Assembly (NCBI GenBank): GCA_003963365.1
Contig: RXJG01000004.1
Location: 691,842 to 755,841 of the forward strand
Direction: 5' to 3'
DNA: 64,000 nt
Source: Sphingobacteriales bacterium
GTDB taxonomy: Bacteria; Bacteroidota; Bacteroidia; Chitinophagales; Chitinophagaceae
Shown: positions 1 through 9,869 of the stretch, piece after piece
Position numbering within the stretch: position 1 is the stretch's first letter
How the letters are laid out: every line of letters starts with the position of its first letter
Position numbers and translations under genes: made by a program
The notes under the pieces: generated by a model
Seen by the model: only the letters and a program-made list of their open reading frames with translations
The model's database searches: none
What the model was told of the DNA's origin: nothing

Positions 1-387
1 CTACCACATCTGCTGTATCTTCCACAGTATAATTAGCAGCATAAGCATAGCTGCCGGCAAATTCTTTAACGGCTGCTTTCAGTTCATCAACAGACATACT
101 ATCTATCCGGGCATTTATTTTATCCGGCTTCAATGCATCTGTTCTGTTTAACCAGTTATAATCTTTATATCCTGCACGGGTAATATGCACCGCCATATGT
201 CCCAGTCCATCATATACAATATAACCAGTGCCGCCTTTTGTCCACGGGTCTTCATGCCATATACCGGCACTGTCCATATTTTCAGCAATCACTAATTTAT
301 ACATGCCGGTTAATAGTTGCCGCTTATCTTTCTTTTGAGCACAGGCTGATAAAAATAAAATGGCAGTGATAACAGTAATGAGTTTCA
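1..387 (-). CDS. lipocalin-like domain lipoprotein; the N-terminal part is in the window and the C-terminus runs off the left edge
   Basis: A reverse-strand ATG at 385-387 opens MKLITVITAILFLSACAQKK (signal peptide plus lipobox-like LSAC). The frame stays open to position 1. The ORF is absent from the track because it is truncated. The family call is from memory. Confidence 0.5.
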
Positions 388-641
388 TGTGTGGTAGTTT
401 ATTGGTGGTACTTAAAGTTAAGTATAATGAGTTTATTTCACGCAAAGGGGCTAAGGAGCAAAGGCGCCATGATTGCCTGCTGTGTTAATTAGTTTGCAGC
501 TTTGCGTGGGTCAGTTTTCATTCTTCTTTTATTGTTTGCACAGCAACAAACAAAAAACATTATCTTTCATACAGCAACAAATTATCCGTCATTCAGGAAA
601 ACTTCAGTCAATCATCAATCAAATCAGTAAAGCATTGAACT

Positions 642-1226
642 ATGACGGAAATTGAAATCCTCAAATCAGCATTAGGCCATTTTGCACAGCTACCGGGAGA
701 AGAGTTTGATCTTTCGGAAGATTGCTGGAAAATAAGGGAGTATAAAAAAGGTGATATATACAATCCACAGGGCAGTATATGCCGCTATCTTGGTTTTACG
801 CTGGAAGGATATTTCAGGGCTTATTTGTTTAATGAAAAAGGAGAAGAAGTAAATATGTTTCTTTTTCCACCCGGTCAGCCGGTAGTAACATACAAAAGTT
901 TTATTCATGAAAGTCCCTGCGAATTTAACACGGTGGCCATTACCGATGCCCGTGCCATCTGCATTACGCTTACTGATCTGCACAGGCTGTACAAACAATC
1001 GCATGCATGGGAACGCTTTGGAAGACTGATGGCAGAAAAAGCTTTTGATATTGCAGTGGACCGTGCCGAAAGTTTCGTTTTTAAATCTGCCGAGCAACGT
1101 TATTTGGAATTAATACAGATGAAACCTGATATTATTGATAACATCCCATTGTATCATATTTCTTCTTACCTCGGTATTGCAGGGCCATCACTCAGCCGCA
1201 TTCGTAAAAGAATTTCCGGTAAATGA
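642..1226 (+). CDS. Crp/Fnr family transcriptional regulator
   Basis: 194 aa with an N-terminal cNMP-binding-like fold. The C-terminal HTH reads ISSYLGIAGPSLSRIRKR. Confidence 0.8.
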   Translation: MTEIEILKSALGHFAQLPGEEFDLSEDCWKIREYKKGDIYNPQGSICRYLGFTLEGYFRAYLFNEKGEEVNMFLFPPGQPVVTYKSFIHESPCEFNTVAITDARAICITLTDLHRLYKQSHAWERFGRLMAEKAFDIAVDRAESFVFKSAEQRYLELIQMKPDIIDNIPLYHISSYLGIAGPSLSRIRKRISGK

Positions 1227-1230
1227 CAGG

Positions 1231-1250
1231 ATTTTAACATGGGTTAAAAT
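1231..1250. promoter_or_regulatory. candidate operator, palindrome ATTTTAAC-ATGG-GTTAAAAT
   Basis: Perfect 8+8 inverted repeat with a 4-nt spacer. It lies 5 nt after the Crp/Fnr stop and about 65 nt upstream of the next gene. A second copy of the core is at 3660-3675. Confidence 0.4.
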
Positions 1251-1315
1251 TTTTCCGGTTTTTGTTATCCATTTTTATATCGTCAATTAATTACTTACAC
1301 TTTAAATAGTAAAAA

Positions 1316-1729
1316 ATGGAAACAGCAATTATGAGTATTTCAGAAAAAAACGCAGAACTGGTAAGCCGTGGTTATACAGCTTTCAATGCGGCCGACATCA
1401 ACACCCTTAACGAACTTTTTCATAACAATGTTTCCTGGCATACACCCGGTAAAAGTCCTGTTGCCGGTAACCGCAAAGGGAAAGAAGCGGTATTTACACA
1501 ATTTGGAAGATATGGTGGTGAAACAAACGGCAGTTTCAGGGCTGTATTAAAATCTGTTACTGCCAATGATGATGGGTATGTGGTAGGTATTCATCGTAAT
1601 ACCGGTGAACGCAACGGTAAAAAACTGGATGTGGATTGCTGCATTGTTTTTGAATTTAAAGACGGGCAGGTTATCAGTGGCAGTGAATACTTCTTTGACC
1701 TGGCTGCATGGGATGAGTTCTGGTCATAA
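1316..1729 (+). CDS. NTF2/SnoaL-like family protein
   Basis: 137 aa with typical SnoaL-like size and pattern (NAELVSRGYTAFNAADINTLNELF ... FEFKDGQV). Confidence 0.65.
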   Translation: METAIMSISEKNAELVSRGYTAFNAADINTLNELFHNNVSWHTPGKSPVAGNRKGKEAVFTQFGRYGGETNGSFRAVLKSVTANDDGYVVGIHRNTGERNGKKLDVDCCIVFEFKDGQVISGSEYFFDLAAWDEFWS

Positions 1730-1764
1730 CATAAATTCCAAAACTAAGCAAGTAAACAAAAAAT

Positions 1765-1803
1765 AAATGAGCCACTGCTTACTGTAAGCATCGTGGCTCA
1801 TTT
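1765..1803. terminator. bidirectional intrinsic terminator between convergent genes
   Basis: An 11-bp stem AAATGAGCCAC/GTGGCTCATTT contains a nested inner stem TGCTTAC/GTAAGCA. It is flanked by A-rich and T-rich sequence. Confidence 0.6.
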
Positions 1804-1821
1804 AATAAATGCTGAATGAAA

Positions 1822-2538
1822 TTATTTAGTGAGCTTATAAAAATTAATAGCAGGTGGTCCATCAACACCTGCATCGGTCATCAGTTTTTTCAACTCCGGT
1901 GAGTTTGTCCTTGCTTTTGCTTTGGCAATATCCGTAACGGCAAACAATACATACACTGTATTTGGATCATCCACTCCTCGGGCAAGACCACGATCGATGA
2001 GACCATTGGCAGCCCTGGTTGCTTTTCCTTCGTTGTCATATACTTTTAACCAGGCATCAAAATCTTTTACATGATGCGCTACCATTAATCTATCTTTCTG
2101 TTCAATGTTGCTGTTATCATCACGAATAACAGTGAGGTAAGATATAGTTGGCGGACCGGTTACACCAGCTTTCTGCATCGCTGTTTTCAGATTAGGTGAT
2201 TTCGTAAAATCTTTTGCCTTTTGAATATCATCAGCTTTAAATGCCACGATGATCTCATTGTTGTTATCCAAACCTCTTCCTATACCAATTTCAGTTAGCC
2301 CGTTTGCTTTCCTGGCTGAATCATCTGCCACGTAAACCGGCAACCATTTATCAAAGTCTTTTACCTTATGCTGAACGGTAACAATTGTATACGGTTGAAA
2401 TGCCGGAGGCTCTGTTGGTTTTGCAGTAGCAGTGGTATTCGCTGTTGTTTTGGTTTCTTCCTTAGCAGGTTCATTGTTGTTGCAGGCAACCAGCAATACC
2501 AACATGGCTGCTGACAGAAGTGCTGAGATCTGTTTCAT
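1822..2538 (-). CDS. lipoprotein made of two tandem copies of a domain of about 90 aa; function unknown
   Basis: Signal peptide plus Cys (LLVACNN). The two halves align clearly: VQHKVKDFDKWLPVY...GVTGPPTISYL against VAHHVKDFDAWLKVY...GVDGPPAINFY. Confidence 0.7.
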   Translation of the reverse strand: MKQISALLSAAMLVLLVACNNNEPAKEETKTTANTTATAKPTEPPAFQPYTIVTVQHKVKDFDKWLPVYVADDSARKANGLTEIGIGRGLDNNNEIIVAFKADDIQKAKDFTKSPNLKTAMQKAGVTGPPTISYLTVIRDDNSNIEQKDRLMVAHHVKDFDAWLKVYDNEGKATRAANGLIDRGLARGVDDPNTVYVLFAVTDIAKAKARTNSPELKKLMTDAGVDGPPAINFYKLTK

Positions 2539-2572
2539 TGATTTTTGTTTATTAGTTAATAGATGGGGTTGT

Positions 2573-3589
2573 TTATTCTTTTATTGCTTCTACTATGCTG
2601 AAGAGAGGGGTATGTGTATGTATCACCCGGGAAAGTTTTAAACCAGCTTTTGCAAAAAGGCTGGCAAATTCTTTTTCCGTTCTTTCCATTCCGCCTGTCA
2701 TTGCCAGCATATTGATGTCCATAAATTTTCCTGGATGTGGTTCATTACCTTCCGGAATAACAGATTCAAGCACCAGCAGTTTACTTCCTTGTTTCATGGC
2801 CTTGTTGCAGTTCTTTAATATCTGTAAGCTTTGTTCATCATTCCAGTCGTGCAGTACCATTTTCATAATGTAGGCATCAGCATTAGCCGGAATAAAATCA
2901 AAAAAACTACCCGCTGCTGTTTCACAGCGGTTGGTATATCCTTTTTGTGCTAATATTTTTTTTGTTTCTGCCACAACATATTCTTTATCAAACACAATTC
3001 CTTTTGCATTGGGTGCTTTATCTAAAACCGCCATCAGCAAAGTGCCATTGCCACCGCCCACATCAATGATTGTTTTAAATGCGGTGAAATCATATTCAGG
3101 TAAAACATTCATGATAACCGCACCGGTAAGCCCCGACATTGCTTTCATAAAATTCACTCCTTCGTCCGGGTGTGTTTCATAATATTTCCATACAGACATT
3201 CCTTCGATGTTATCAAATGAAATTTTGCCGGTCTTTACACTGTAAACCAAATTGCCCCATGCATTAAAATGATCGCCTAATTGTGCAATGGCCATTGCCT
3301 TCATAGAGCCGGGCACATCAGCTTGCAGCGTATTGCCAAGCGGGGTAAGCTCATACTGCTGCTGATCATTTTCTTTAAATACACCAACACTTGATAAAGC
3401 CCTTAATACCCGATGCAGGGAAGGAGCATGACTGTGGGTGGATTCGGCCAACTGGTTTGCAGTCTGCGGTCCATCTTTCAAATGATCGGCAATATTGAGT
3501 TTAGCTGCGGTATATATACAGCAGGATGTCCAGAAGCCGGTAATCATTTGCATCATTTGTGCGGGAGGTGGGGGAAGTTGATTATTCAT
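2573..3589 (-). CDS. class I SAM-dependent O-methyltransferase (COMT/ASMT-like, with N-terminal dimerisation domain)
   Basis: SAM motif IIDVGGGNG and overall plant-type OMT architecture. I prefer the MNNQLPPP start at 3589 over the track start at 3643. Confidence 0.8.
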   Translation of the reverse strand: MNNQLPPPPAQMMQMITGFWTSCCIYTAAKLNIADHLKDGPQTANQLAESTHSHAPSLHRVLRALSSVGVFKENDQQQYELTPLGNTLQADVPGSMKAMAIAQLGDHFNAWGNLVYSVKTGKISFDNIEGMSVWKYYETHPDEGVNFMKAMSGLTGAVIMNVLPEYDFTAFKTIIDVGGGNGTLLMAVLDKAPNAKGIVFDKEYVVAETKKILAQKGYTNRCETAAGSFFDFIPANADAYIMKMVLHDWNDEQSLQILKNCNKAMKQGSKLLVLESVIPEGNEPHPGKFMDINMLAMTGGMERTEKEFASLFAKAGLKLSRVIHTHTPLFSIVEAIKE

Positions 3590-3659
3590 TTCAGTTGCTT
3601 TTGTAACATAAAGATGAAATGAATGATCGCTGTTTCCAATCACCCGGGTTAATAAGTCA

Positions 3660-3675
3660 CTTAACCTGGGTTAAG
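3660..3675. promoter_or_regulatory. candidate operator, palindrome CTTAAC-CTGG-GTTAAG
   Basis: Perfect 6+6 inverted repeat with a 4-nt spacer, directly 3' of the second Crp/Fnr gene and 5' of the OMT. An extra GGTTAA half-site lies at 3647-3652. Confidence 0.4.
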
Positions 3676-3678
3676 AAA

Positions 3679-4278
3679 TTATTTACAGCTAAGTCTTTTA
3701 CGCATGCGGCTGAGCGATTGTGGCTCTATGTCAAGATACATGGCAATATACTGAAGTGGAATACGCTGAAAAATTTCAGGATGTTTATTGATAAGATTAA
3801 GGTAACGGTCTTCGGCTGAAAAGGTTTTTACTTCTTTTAGTCTTTGCATATTGGCGAAGGAAGATTTTCTTTCTTTCTCTGCAAACAATGTTTTCAGTTT
3901 GGGAATTTGCCCGCCTAATTTCTCCAGGTCATTTTTATGAAGTAACAATAATTCGCAATCTTCCATGGCCTGTATATTTAAAGTGGTTGGCTGCTGATTA
4001 TAAAAACTCTCCAGGTCACCTATCCACCAGTCTTCAAAAGAAAAATATAAAATATGTTCACCACCTTTTTCATCTGTTGTAAAAGTGCGGGTACTTCCTT
4101 TATTAATATAGGCTTTATATTTTGCCACTTGTCCTGTCTTCAAATAAAAAAATTTACGGGGAATATATTCTCTTCTGAAAAAAGAAAGTATGAGGGTAAA
4201 TTCTTCTTCAGTAAAGTTCATTTTATTCATGAACAAGTCAATAAACTGCGGTGAGACTTCCGAGGGGTATATCTCCAT
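3679..4278 (-). CDS. Crp/Fnr family transcriptional regulator (paralog of 642-1226)
   Basis: 199 aa. The C-terminal HTH reads [18 protein letters not shown]. Confidence 0.8.
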   Translation of the reverse strand: MEIYPSEVSPQFIDLFMNKMNFTEEEFTLILSFFRREYIPRKFFYLKTGQVAKYKAYINKGSTRTFTTDEKGGEHILYFSFEDWWIGDLESFYNQQPTTLNIQAMEDCELLLLHKNDLEKLGGQIPKLKTLFAEKERKSSFANMQRLKEVKTFSAEDRYLNLINKHPEIFQRIPLQYIAMYLDIEPQSLSRMRKRLSCK

Positions 4279-4337
4279 ATATACTAACTATAGTATTATT
4301 AAAAGTACATTTTTTTATGTATTCTATCCGGCACAAT

Positions 4338-4373
4338 AAAAAAAGCTGCCCCGTACCCGGGGCAGCTTTTTTT
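4338..4373. terminator. orphan bidirectional terminator inside a divergent intergenic region
   Basis: A7, then the 10-bp stem AGCTGCCCCG/CGGGGCAGCT, then T7. No intact gene ends here. Confidence 0.6.
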
Positions 4374-4378
4374 GATGC

Positions 4379-4501
4379 TTATTGAAAAAAGTTACCTGAA
4401 TGATCGAAGCTTTCCCTGCTTCCCTTTATACCCGGGTGAATGAAAACCATAATTATTATCTTTTGTGTGTTTAAAGTTAAGTGAGGCGGCTCTCCCAACA
4501 T
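4379..4501 (-). pseudogene. relic 3' end of a T9SS C-terminal-domain gene
   Basis: The 40-codon frame MLGEPPHLTLNTQKIIIMVFIHPGIKGSRESFDHSGNFFQ carries GSRESF, as does the CTD of the 7755-9869 protein. The two loci share the exact 17-mer AAGCTTTCCCTGCTTCC. Confidence 0.35.
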
Positions 4502-4590
4502 GTTATATCAACAATGATAAATCGCTTTTAAACCACAATAGTATTTAGTAACTTACACAGCAATTTTTTGCTAACCGGAAACCGAATACC

Positions 4591-7500
4591 ATGATAAAGA
4601 GAGTTGTCAAAATCCTTGTTCTGTGCTTAGTAAGTCTTATAGCCCTTGCCTTTGTTGTTCCGTTTTTCTTTAAGAAACAGCTAACGGAATTAGTTAAAAA
4701 GGAAGTCAATAAAAATCTTACCGCAAAAGTTGATTTTAAAGAAGCCGGGCTATCGCTGTTTCGTCATTTCCCTTCTGTTACACTTTCGCTGGATAGTTTA
4801 TCGGTAGTAGGTACAGATGTGTTTGAAAAAGACACATTGGTATCAGCACAAAAAGCAGAAGTCTCACTCAATCTTATCAGCGTAATAAAAGGAAAAGATA
4901 TAAAAGTAAAGGGGGTCTATCTTTATGAACCCCGTATCCATGCACTGGTTAATAAAGAAGGAAAAGCGAACTGGGATATTATGCGCCATACAGGTGATAC
5001 TACTGCTGCGGATACATCCGCTTCCGCATTTAAAATGACGCTGGAGAAATATGTTATCAGCGATGGATATATTTATTATAATGATGCTGCATCAGGAATG
5101 AATGCCGAGATATCCGGGTTGAATCATGAAGGCAGTGGTGATTTTACTTCCAGCCTGTTTGCATTAAGCACCAGCACAAAAGCAACAGCTGCCAGTTTTT
5201 CTTACGGCCCGGTTACTTATCTCTCTAATGCAAAAGCTGAAATTAACGGGGATATCCAGGTAGATACCAGGAACAGTAAATACAGTTTTAAAACAAATGA
5301 TATTACGGTAAACAATCTTAAACTGAGCACGGAAGGATTTTTCCAGTTTGTAAACGACAGTGTGTACAATATGGATATTCAATTTCAATCTCCTTCCAAT
5401 GATTTTAAAGATATTCTCTCCCTTGTGCCCGGTGTGTACAAAAAGGATTTTGATAATATTAAAACAAGCGGCAAAGCTTTATTCAATGGATATGTAAAAG
5501 GATTGTATGGTCCGCAGCAATTACCGGGTTATGATGTTAAGCTGGAAGTAAAAGATGGATTCTTCCAGTATCCTGACCTTCCTGACCCGGTAAAAAATAT
5601 TCAGCTGGCCGCACATTTTACCAATCCCGATGGTAAAATGGATAATACGGTTGTTGATATTTCCAGTGGTCACCTGGAAATGGGTAATGAGCCATTTGAT
5701 TTTAAATTGATTTTTAAAAATCCTGGAACCAGCCGGTATATTGATGCAGTAGCAAAAGGTAAACTTAACCTGGGTAATGTATCAAAATTTGTAAAATTAG
5801 AAACAGGTACCAAACTGAGCGGCCTGGTATGGGCCGATGTTTTTGCAAAAGGGAATATGTCTGCCCTGCAAAACCAGCAGGGAAATTTTGAAGCAGGCGG
5901 ATTTCTCGATATAAAAGATCTCTATTACACTTCTGCGGCTTTTCCGCAGCCATTGCAAAATGGTAATATGAAAGTACAAATAGCTAACTCAGGTGGAGTG
6001 GCTGATAATACAGTGATAGATATTAATGCCGGCCACATAGAAGCTGGTAAAGATCCGGTTGATTTTACATTACATGTGAGCAAGCCAATTTCAGCAACAA
6101 ATTTTTCAGGCACGGCAAAAGGACGTTTTACACTGGATAATATAAAGCAGTTTGTAAAGCTGGAACCCGGCACTTCCATTGCGGGTTTGGCCAATGCCGA
6201 TATTTCTTTTGAGGGAAATAAAACAGCTGTTGATAAAAAAGAATATGATAAAATAAAAATAAACGGTACCGGTGATGTACAGAACGTTCATTATACTTCT
6301 AAAGATTATCCGGCAGGAATAAACGTTTCATACGCAGGATTGGAGTTGAATGGCGGTAATGCGGCATTGAAGGATATGAAAGGAAATTTCAGGAATACAA
6401 ATTTTACAGTGGCTGGTAAAGTCAGTAATCTTATAGGGTATGTTATGAGCAACCAGCCGCTTACCGGTGTGGTTAATATTGGAGCAGATAAAATGAATTT
6501 GAACGAGTGGATGGGAACAGATACTGCCACTGCAACATCTGCAGGCAATGTTGCTGATCCCTTTGCTGTTCCTGCTAATATCAATTTGACGGTTAATGCA
6601 CTTGCACAAAAAGTTACCTATGATAAAGTTGATTATAATAATATCAGCGGTAGTTTATTAATAGCAGATGAAACAGTAAAACTGCAAAATGTAAAAACAG
6701 GAGCATTGGATGGTTCAATAACGTTTAATGGTTCTTACTCAACCAAAGCCAATAAAAAACAGCCGGCTATTGATTTAACATACGATGTAAAAGATGTGGA
6801 TATACAAAAAGCTTTTTATGCGTTTAACACCATACAAAAGATAATGCCGGTGGGACAGTTTTTGGATGGTAAGTTAAATTCGCAATTATCAATGACGGGT
6901 AAGTTAAATGGGAATATGATGCCGTTACTGTCCAGTCTTACCGGTAAAGGAAATTTATTGCTGCTGGATGGAGTACTTAAAAAATTTGCCCCGCTGGAAA
7001 AAATAGCTGCGGTGCTGGATATTTCAGAACTAAAATCTGTTACTTTAAAAGACATTAAAAATTATATTGAATTTGCCAATGGTAAAGTACTGGTAAAACC
7101 ATTTACCGTTAAAGTAAAAGATATTGAAATGCAAATTGGCGGTATGCATGGTTTTGATCAGTCCATACAATATGCAGTGCAAATGAAAGTGCCCAGAAAA
7201 TACCTCGGCACACAGGGGAATAATTTATTAAACAATCTATCTGCAAAAGCGGTAAGCAATGGTATCCCGGTAACATTGGGCGATATGGTTGATCTCAATA
7301 TTAAAATGGATGGTACACTTACCAACCCGTTGATAAAAACAGATTTAAAACAGGTAGCGGGAGATGCTGTAAAAGATATGCAGCAACAGGCAGCAGCTTT
7401 TGCAAAAGCAAAAGCAGATACGGTAAAGCAAACAATAAAAGATACCCTTACCGCAGTTAAGAACCAGGCTATAAAAGATTTGAAAGAAGAAGCAGTGAAA

Positions 7501-7644
7501 CAATTATTCGGCGCCAAAGATTCTTCCGGTGGCCATAATCTCGATTCTTCTAAAAAGAAAGCCACTCAAACGCTGAAGAATACGCTGAATAATTTATTTA
7601 AGAAGAAAAAATCTCCTGCGGATACTTCGGGGAGTAAGCAGTAA
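4591..7644 (+). CDS. AsmA family outer-membrane biogenesis protein
   Basis: 1017 aa with a single N-terminal TM helix and a long beta-rich repetitive body. The Lys-rich tail is typical of AsmA-like proteins. Confidence 0.75.
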   Translation: MIKRVVKILVLCLVSLIALAFVVPFFFKKQLTELVKKEVNKNLTAKVDFKEAGLSLFRHFPSVTLSLDSLSVVGTDVFEKDTLVSAQKAEVSLNLISVIKGKDIKVKGVYLYEPRIHALVNKEGKANWDIMRHTGDTTAADTSASAFKMTLEKYVISDGYIYYNDAASGMNAEISGLNHEGSGDFTSSLFALSTSTKATAASFSYGPVTYLSNAKAEINGDIQVDTRNSKYSFKTNDITVNNLKLSTEGFFQFVNDSVYNMDIQFQSPSNDFKDILSLVPGVYKKDFDNIKTSGKALFNGYVKGLYGPQQLPGYDVKLEVKDGFFQYPDLPDPVKNIQLAAHFTNPDGKMDNTVVDISSGHLEMGNEPFDFKLIFKNPGTSRYIDAVAKGKLNLGNVSKFVKLETGTKLSGLVWADVFAKGNMSALQNQQGNFEAGGFLDIKDLYYTSAAFPQPLQNGNMKVQIANSGGVADNTVIDINAGHIEAGKDPVDFTLHVSKPISATNFSGTAKGRFTLDNIKQFVKLEPGTSIAGLANADISFEGNKTAVDKKEYDKIKINGTGDVQNVHYTSKDYPAGINVSYAGLELNGGNAALKDMKGNFRNTNFTVAGKVSNLIGYVMSNQPLTGVVNIGADKMNLNEWMGTDTATATSAGNVADPFAVPANINLTVNALAQKVTYDKVDYNNISGSLLIADETVKLQNVKTGALDGSITFNGSYSTKANKKQPAIDLTYDVKDVDIQKAFYAFNTIQKIMPVGQFLDGKLNSQLSMTGKLNGNMMPLLSSLTGKGNLLLLDGVLKKFAPLEKIAAVLDISELKSVTLKDIKNYIEFANGKVLVKPFTVKVKDIEMQIGGMHGFDQSIQYAVQMKVPRKYLGTQGNNLLNNLSAKAVSNGIPVTLGDMVDLNIKMDGTLTNPLIKTDLKQVAGDAVKDMQQQAAAFAKAKADTVKQTIKDTLTAVKNQAIKDLKEEAVKQLFGAKDSSGGHNLDSSKKKATQTLKNTLNNLFKKKKSPADTSGSKQ

Positions 7645-7694
7645 GAATCAGCCAGGGAGAAGGTAATACTTTATTTATCCCGGCGATATAAAAT

Positions 7695-7733
7695 AAAACA
7701 GGAAAGCGTCCCGCAGAGACGCTTTCCTGTTTT
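7695..7733. terminator. bidirectional intrinsic terminator
   Basis: A 16-bp stem AAAACAGGAAAGCGTC/GACGCTTTCCTGTTTT lies between convergent genes. Confidence 0.8.
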
Positions 7734-7754
7734 ATAATTTTTTGATGATAATTA

Positions 7755-9869
7755 TTATTGAATCATCACTTTAAAGCTTTCCCTGCTTCCATTTACTTCC
7801 ATGCTCAGGTAATAAACACCTTTTATCAATTTAGAAACATCGATGGTATTGTTTCCTTTAGTGATGGTTTTAGCGATTACTAACTGGCCGGTTAAATTAA
7901 ATAATTTACAATCGAAATTACCGGTAAGTGTACTGATGTTAACATGTAGTTTTCCATCAGTAACAGGTGTGGGGAATACTTTTAAATAAGACCTGGAACA
8001 ATTAACCGGTAAAGACAAGATTTGGCTATATTCAAACGAATTATCAATATCAGTCATCTTTAAACGATAGTACGCATTGCCATCAGCAGGCGATTTGTGA
8101 ACATAGGTATAAGCACTGTTATTACCATTACCGCCAATTACTGCCAGCGGGTTAAAATGTGTACCGTCCTTACTATATTCAACCGTATAAGATTTGAAAT
8201 TTGTTTCGTAACTCACTTTCCATTTTAAGGTAACGGCACAATCGTTAAGTTCAGCATTAAATGATTCCAGCTTAACTGGTAGTGCTGCACCTGCCGGCAC
8301 CATTAAAATATGCAGGGTAGCAGTGCGGCATGCAGACGGGATGCCGTTATCACATGTGGTATACGGAATATCCAGCTGCCCCGTAAACCCATTCACCGGG
8401 GTAAATGTATAATTACCTGTTGTATTTAAAGTAAACGAGCCTTTGCCGGGTATTGTTATATTTTGTGCAACGGTTGATTGAACATCATGCTCGGGATCTG
8501 TATCATTAAGAGAAACGTTATCACTTATACTGCTATTAATCACAATCTGTGCATAATCATCTGCCGCATCAGTAGTATTATCAGCATTGGCAGGAACTAT
8601 CCGAATAATTTGTTTGGCAGTGGCACATGAAGGGGTGGGAGTTCCATCATCACAAATGCTATATGTCAAAGTATCGTTTCCAACGTAATTTGCATTTGGA
8701 GAGTAGGCGATATTACCACTTACAAAAACGGAAGTACCCCCATGTGCCGGAGGATTAACAACAGTTACACTTGCAGGATTTAAATTAGTTCCATGGTAGG
8801 AATGGTTATCGTTCACAGCCGTTGGAATAGACACAAATTGGTTCGCCTTTGTGCTTACAACATCAGTATTGGCTATGGGTGGTTGTACATACGCTGCCTG
8901 AATTACCATAATCCTCAATTCTACCAGTTTGCAGCCTGAGCTCTGGCCCGGGGCACATACCGGTATATGGAAATAATAAATACCTCTTGCAAAAGTGGTG
9001 AAGGTATACGTTCCATCTGGATTAACGGAAGGCAGTGTTGCACTTGGATTACCGGGATCGGCAATCGGTGTACCATATGTTGTACCTGCAGGAGCTTCAT
9101 CGTTTGTACTTACATTACCACTGACAGGGGTATAAACTTTTGTTACATTAAAATCAGGAGTTATTCTTGTCACGTTGAGGTAATAATCCTCTGCTTCACC
9201 GTCTGATGCATAGCCCAATGGCGAAGTAAGCACATCGGTAGTAAGCCTGAGTCGCACATAATATTTTACTCCGGGGGGTAAATTATCAGAAATACCTGTC
9301 CATGTTAATGTAACTGAAGTGGCTCCATTGGGAACTACTACAGAGGTCATTTCACCCGCATCTAAAAAATTACCATTATTATTCCAGTCAACCCAGGCAT
9401 AGAGGTTGGCATTGCCACCAGTGTTATTGGTAACTTTTGCAGACAATATATAATTGCCACTGTTGAAATAACCCGTAGCGGTGCCAGTAAGTGCATCTTC
9501 TTCCAAACCGTCTCCATTAGCACCGGTGTTGTCAGCTCCTGGTGCTACATTTTTTAAATTACCGGCATTACTGGTTGGGGGGATAACTCCAAGATAAAGA
9601 AACCCTGTATTTGGCCCTGTCATGTCATGGATACAAAGATCTGTAGTACCATTTCCTTCATAACTGACAGGAGCGTCTCCGCCGTCAAAAGAGACAGGTG
9701 GTTGAAATATCAACGAACCTGTAGCATGTTTGTGAATTTTTTCGGCAATAGCCTCATTTCTGTTTTCAGGTGTTCCCGAATTAGCGTATGTCGCAGTCAT
9801 TAATGTTAAGCACAAGAGTACGACAATTAAAGGGTGAATTGTTAGTTTCATTTTCTCAGGTTTAAGCAA
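7755..9869 (-). CDS. T9SS-sorted surface protein with a GEVED domain and cadherin/Ig-like repeats
   Basis: Contains GEAEDYY (GEVED), repeated xNDxD-type segments (AVNDNHSY, SLNDTDPEHD) and a type-A CTD ending KGVYYLSMEVNGSRESFKVMIQ. The true start may be MKLTIHPL at 9851. Confidence 0.8.
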   Translation of the reverse strand: MLKPEKMKLTIHPLIVVLLCLTLMTATYANSGTPENRNEAIAEKIHKHATGSLIFQPPVSFDGGDAPVSYEGNGTTDLCIHDMTGPNTGFLYLGVIPPTSNAGNLKNVAPGADNTGANGDGLEEDALTGTATGYFNSGNYILSAKVTNNTGGNANLYAWVDWNNNGNFLDAGEMTSVVVPNGATSVTLTWTGISDNLPPGVKYYVRLRLTTDVLTSPLGYASDGEAEDYYLNVTRITPDFNVTKVYTPVSGNVSTNDEAPAGTTYGTPIADPGNPSATLPSVNPDGTYTFTTFARGIYYFHIPVCAPGQSSGCKLVELRIMVIQAAYVQPPIANTDVVSTKANQFVSIPTAVNDNHSYHGTNLNPASVTVVNPPAHGGTSVFVSGNIAYSPNANYVGNDTLTYSICDDGTPTPSCATAKQIIRIVPANADNTTDAADDYAQIVINSSISDNVSLNDTDPEHDVQSTVAQNITIPGKGSFTLNTTGNYTFTPVNGFTGQLDIPYTTCDNGIPSACRTATLHILMVPAGAALPVKLESFNAELNDCAVTLKWKVSYETNFKSYTVEYSKDGTHFNPLAVIGGNGNNSAYTYVHKSPADGNAYYRLKMTDIDNSFEYSQILSLPVNCSRSYLKVFPTPVTDGKLHVNISTLTGNFDCKLFNLTGQLVIAKTITKGNNTIDVSKLIKGVYYLSMEVNGSRESFKVMIQ

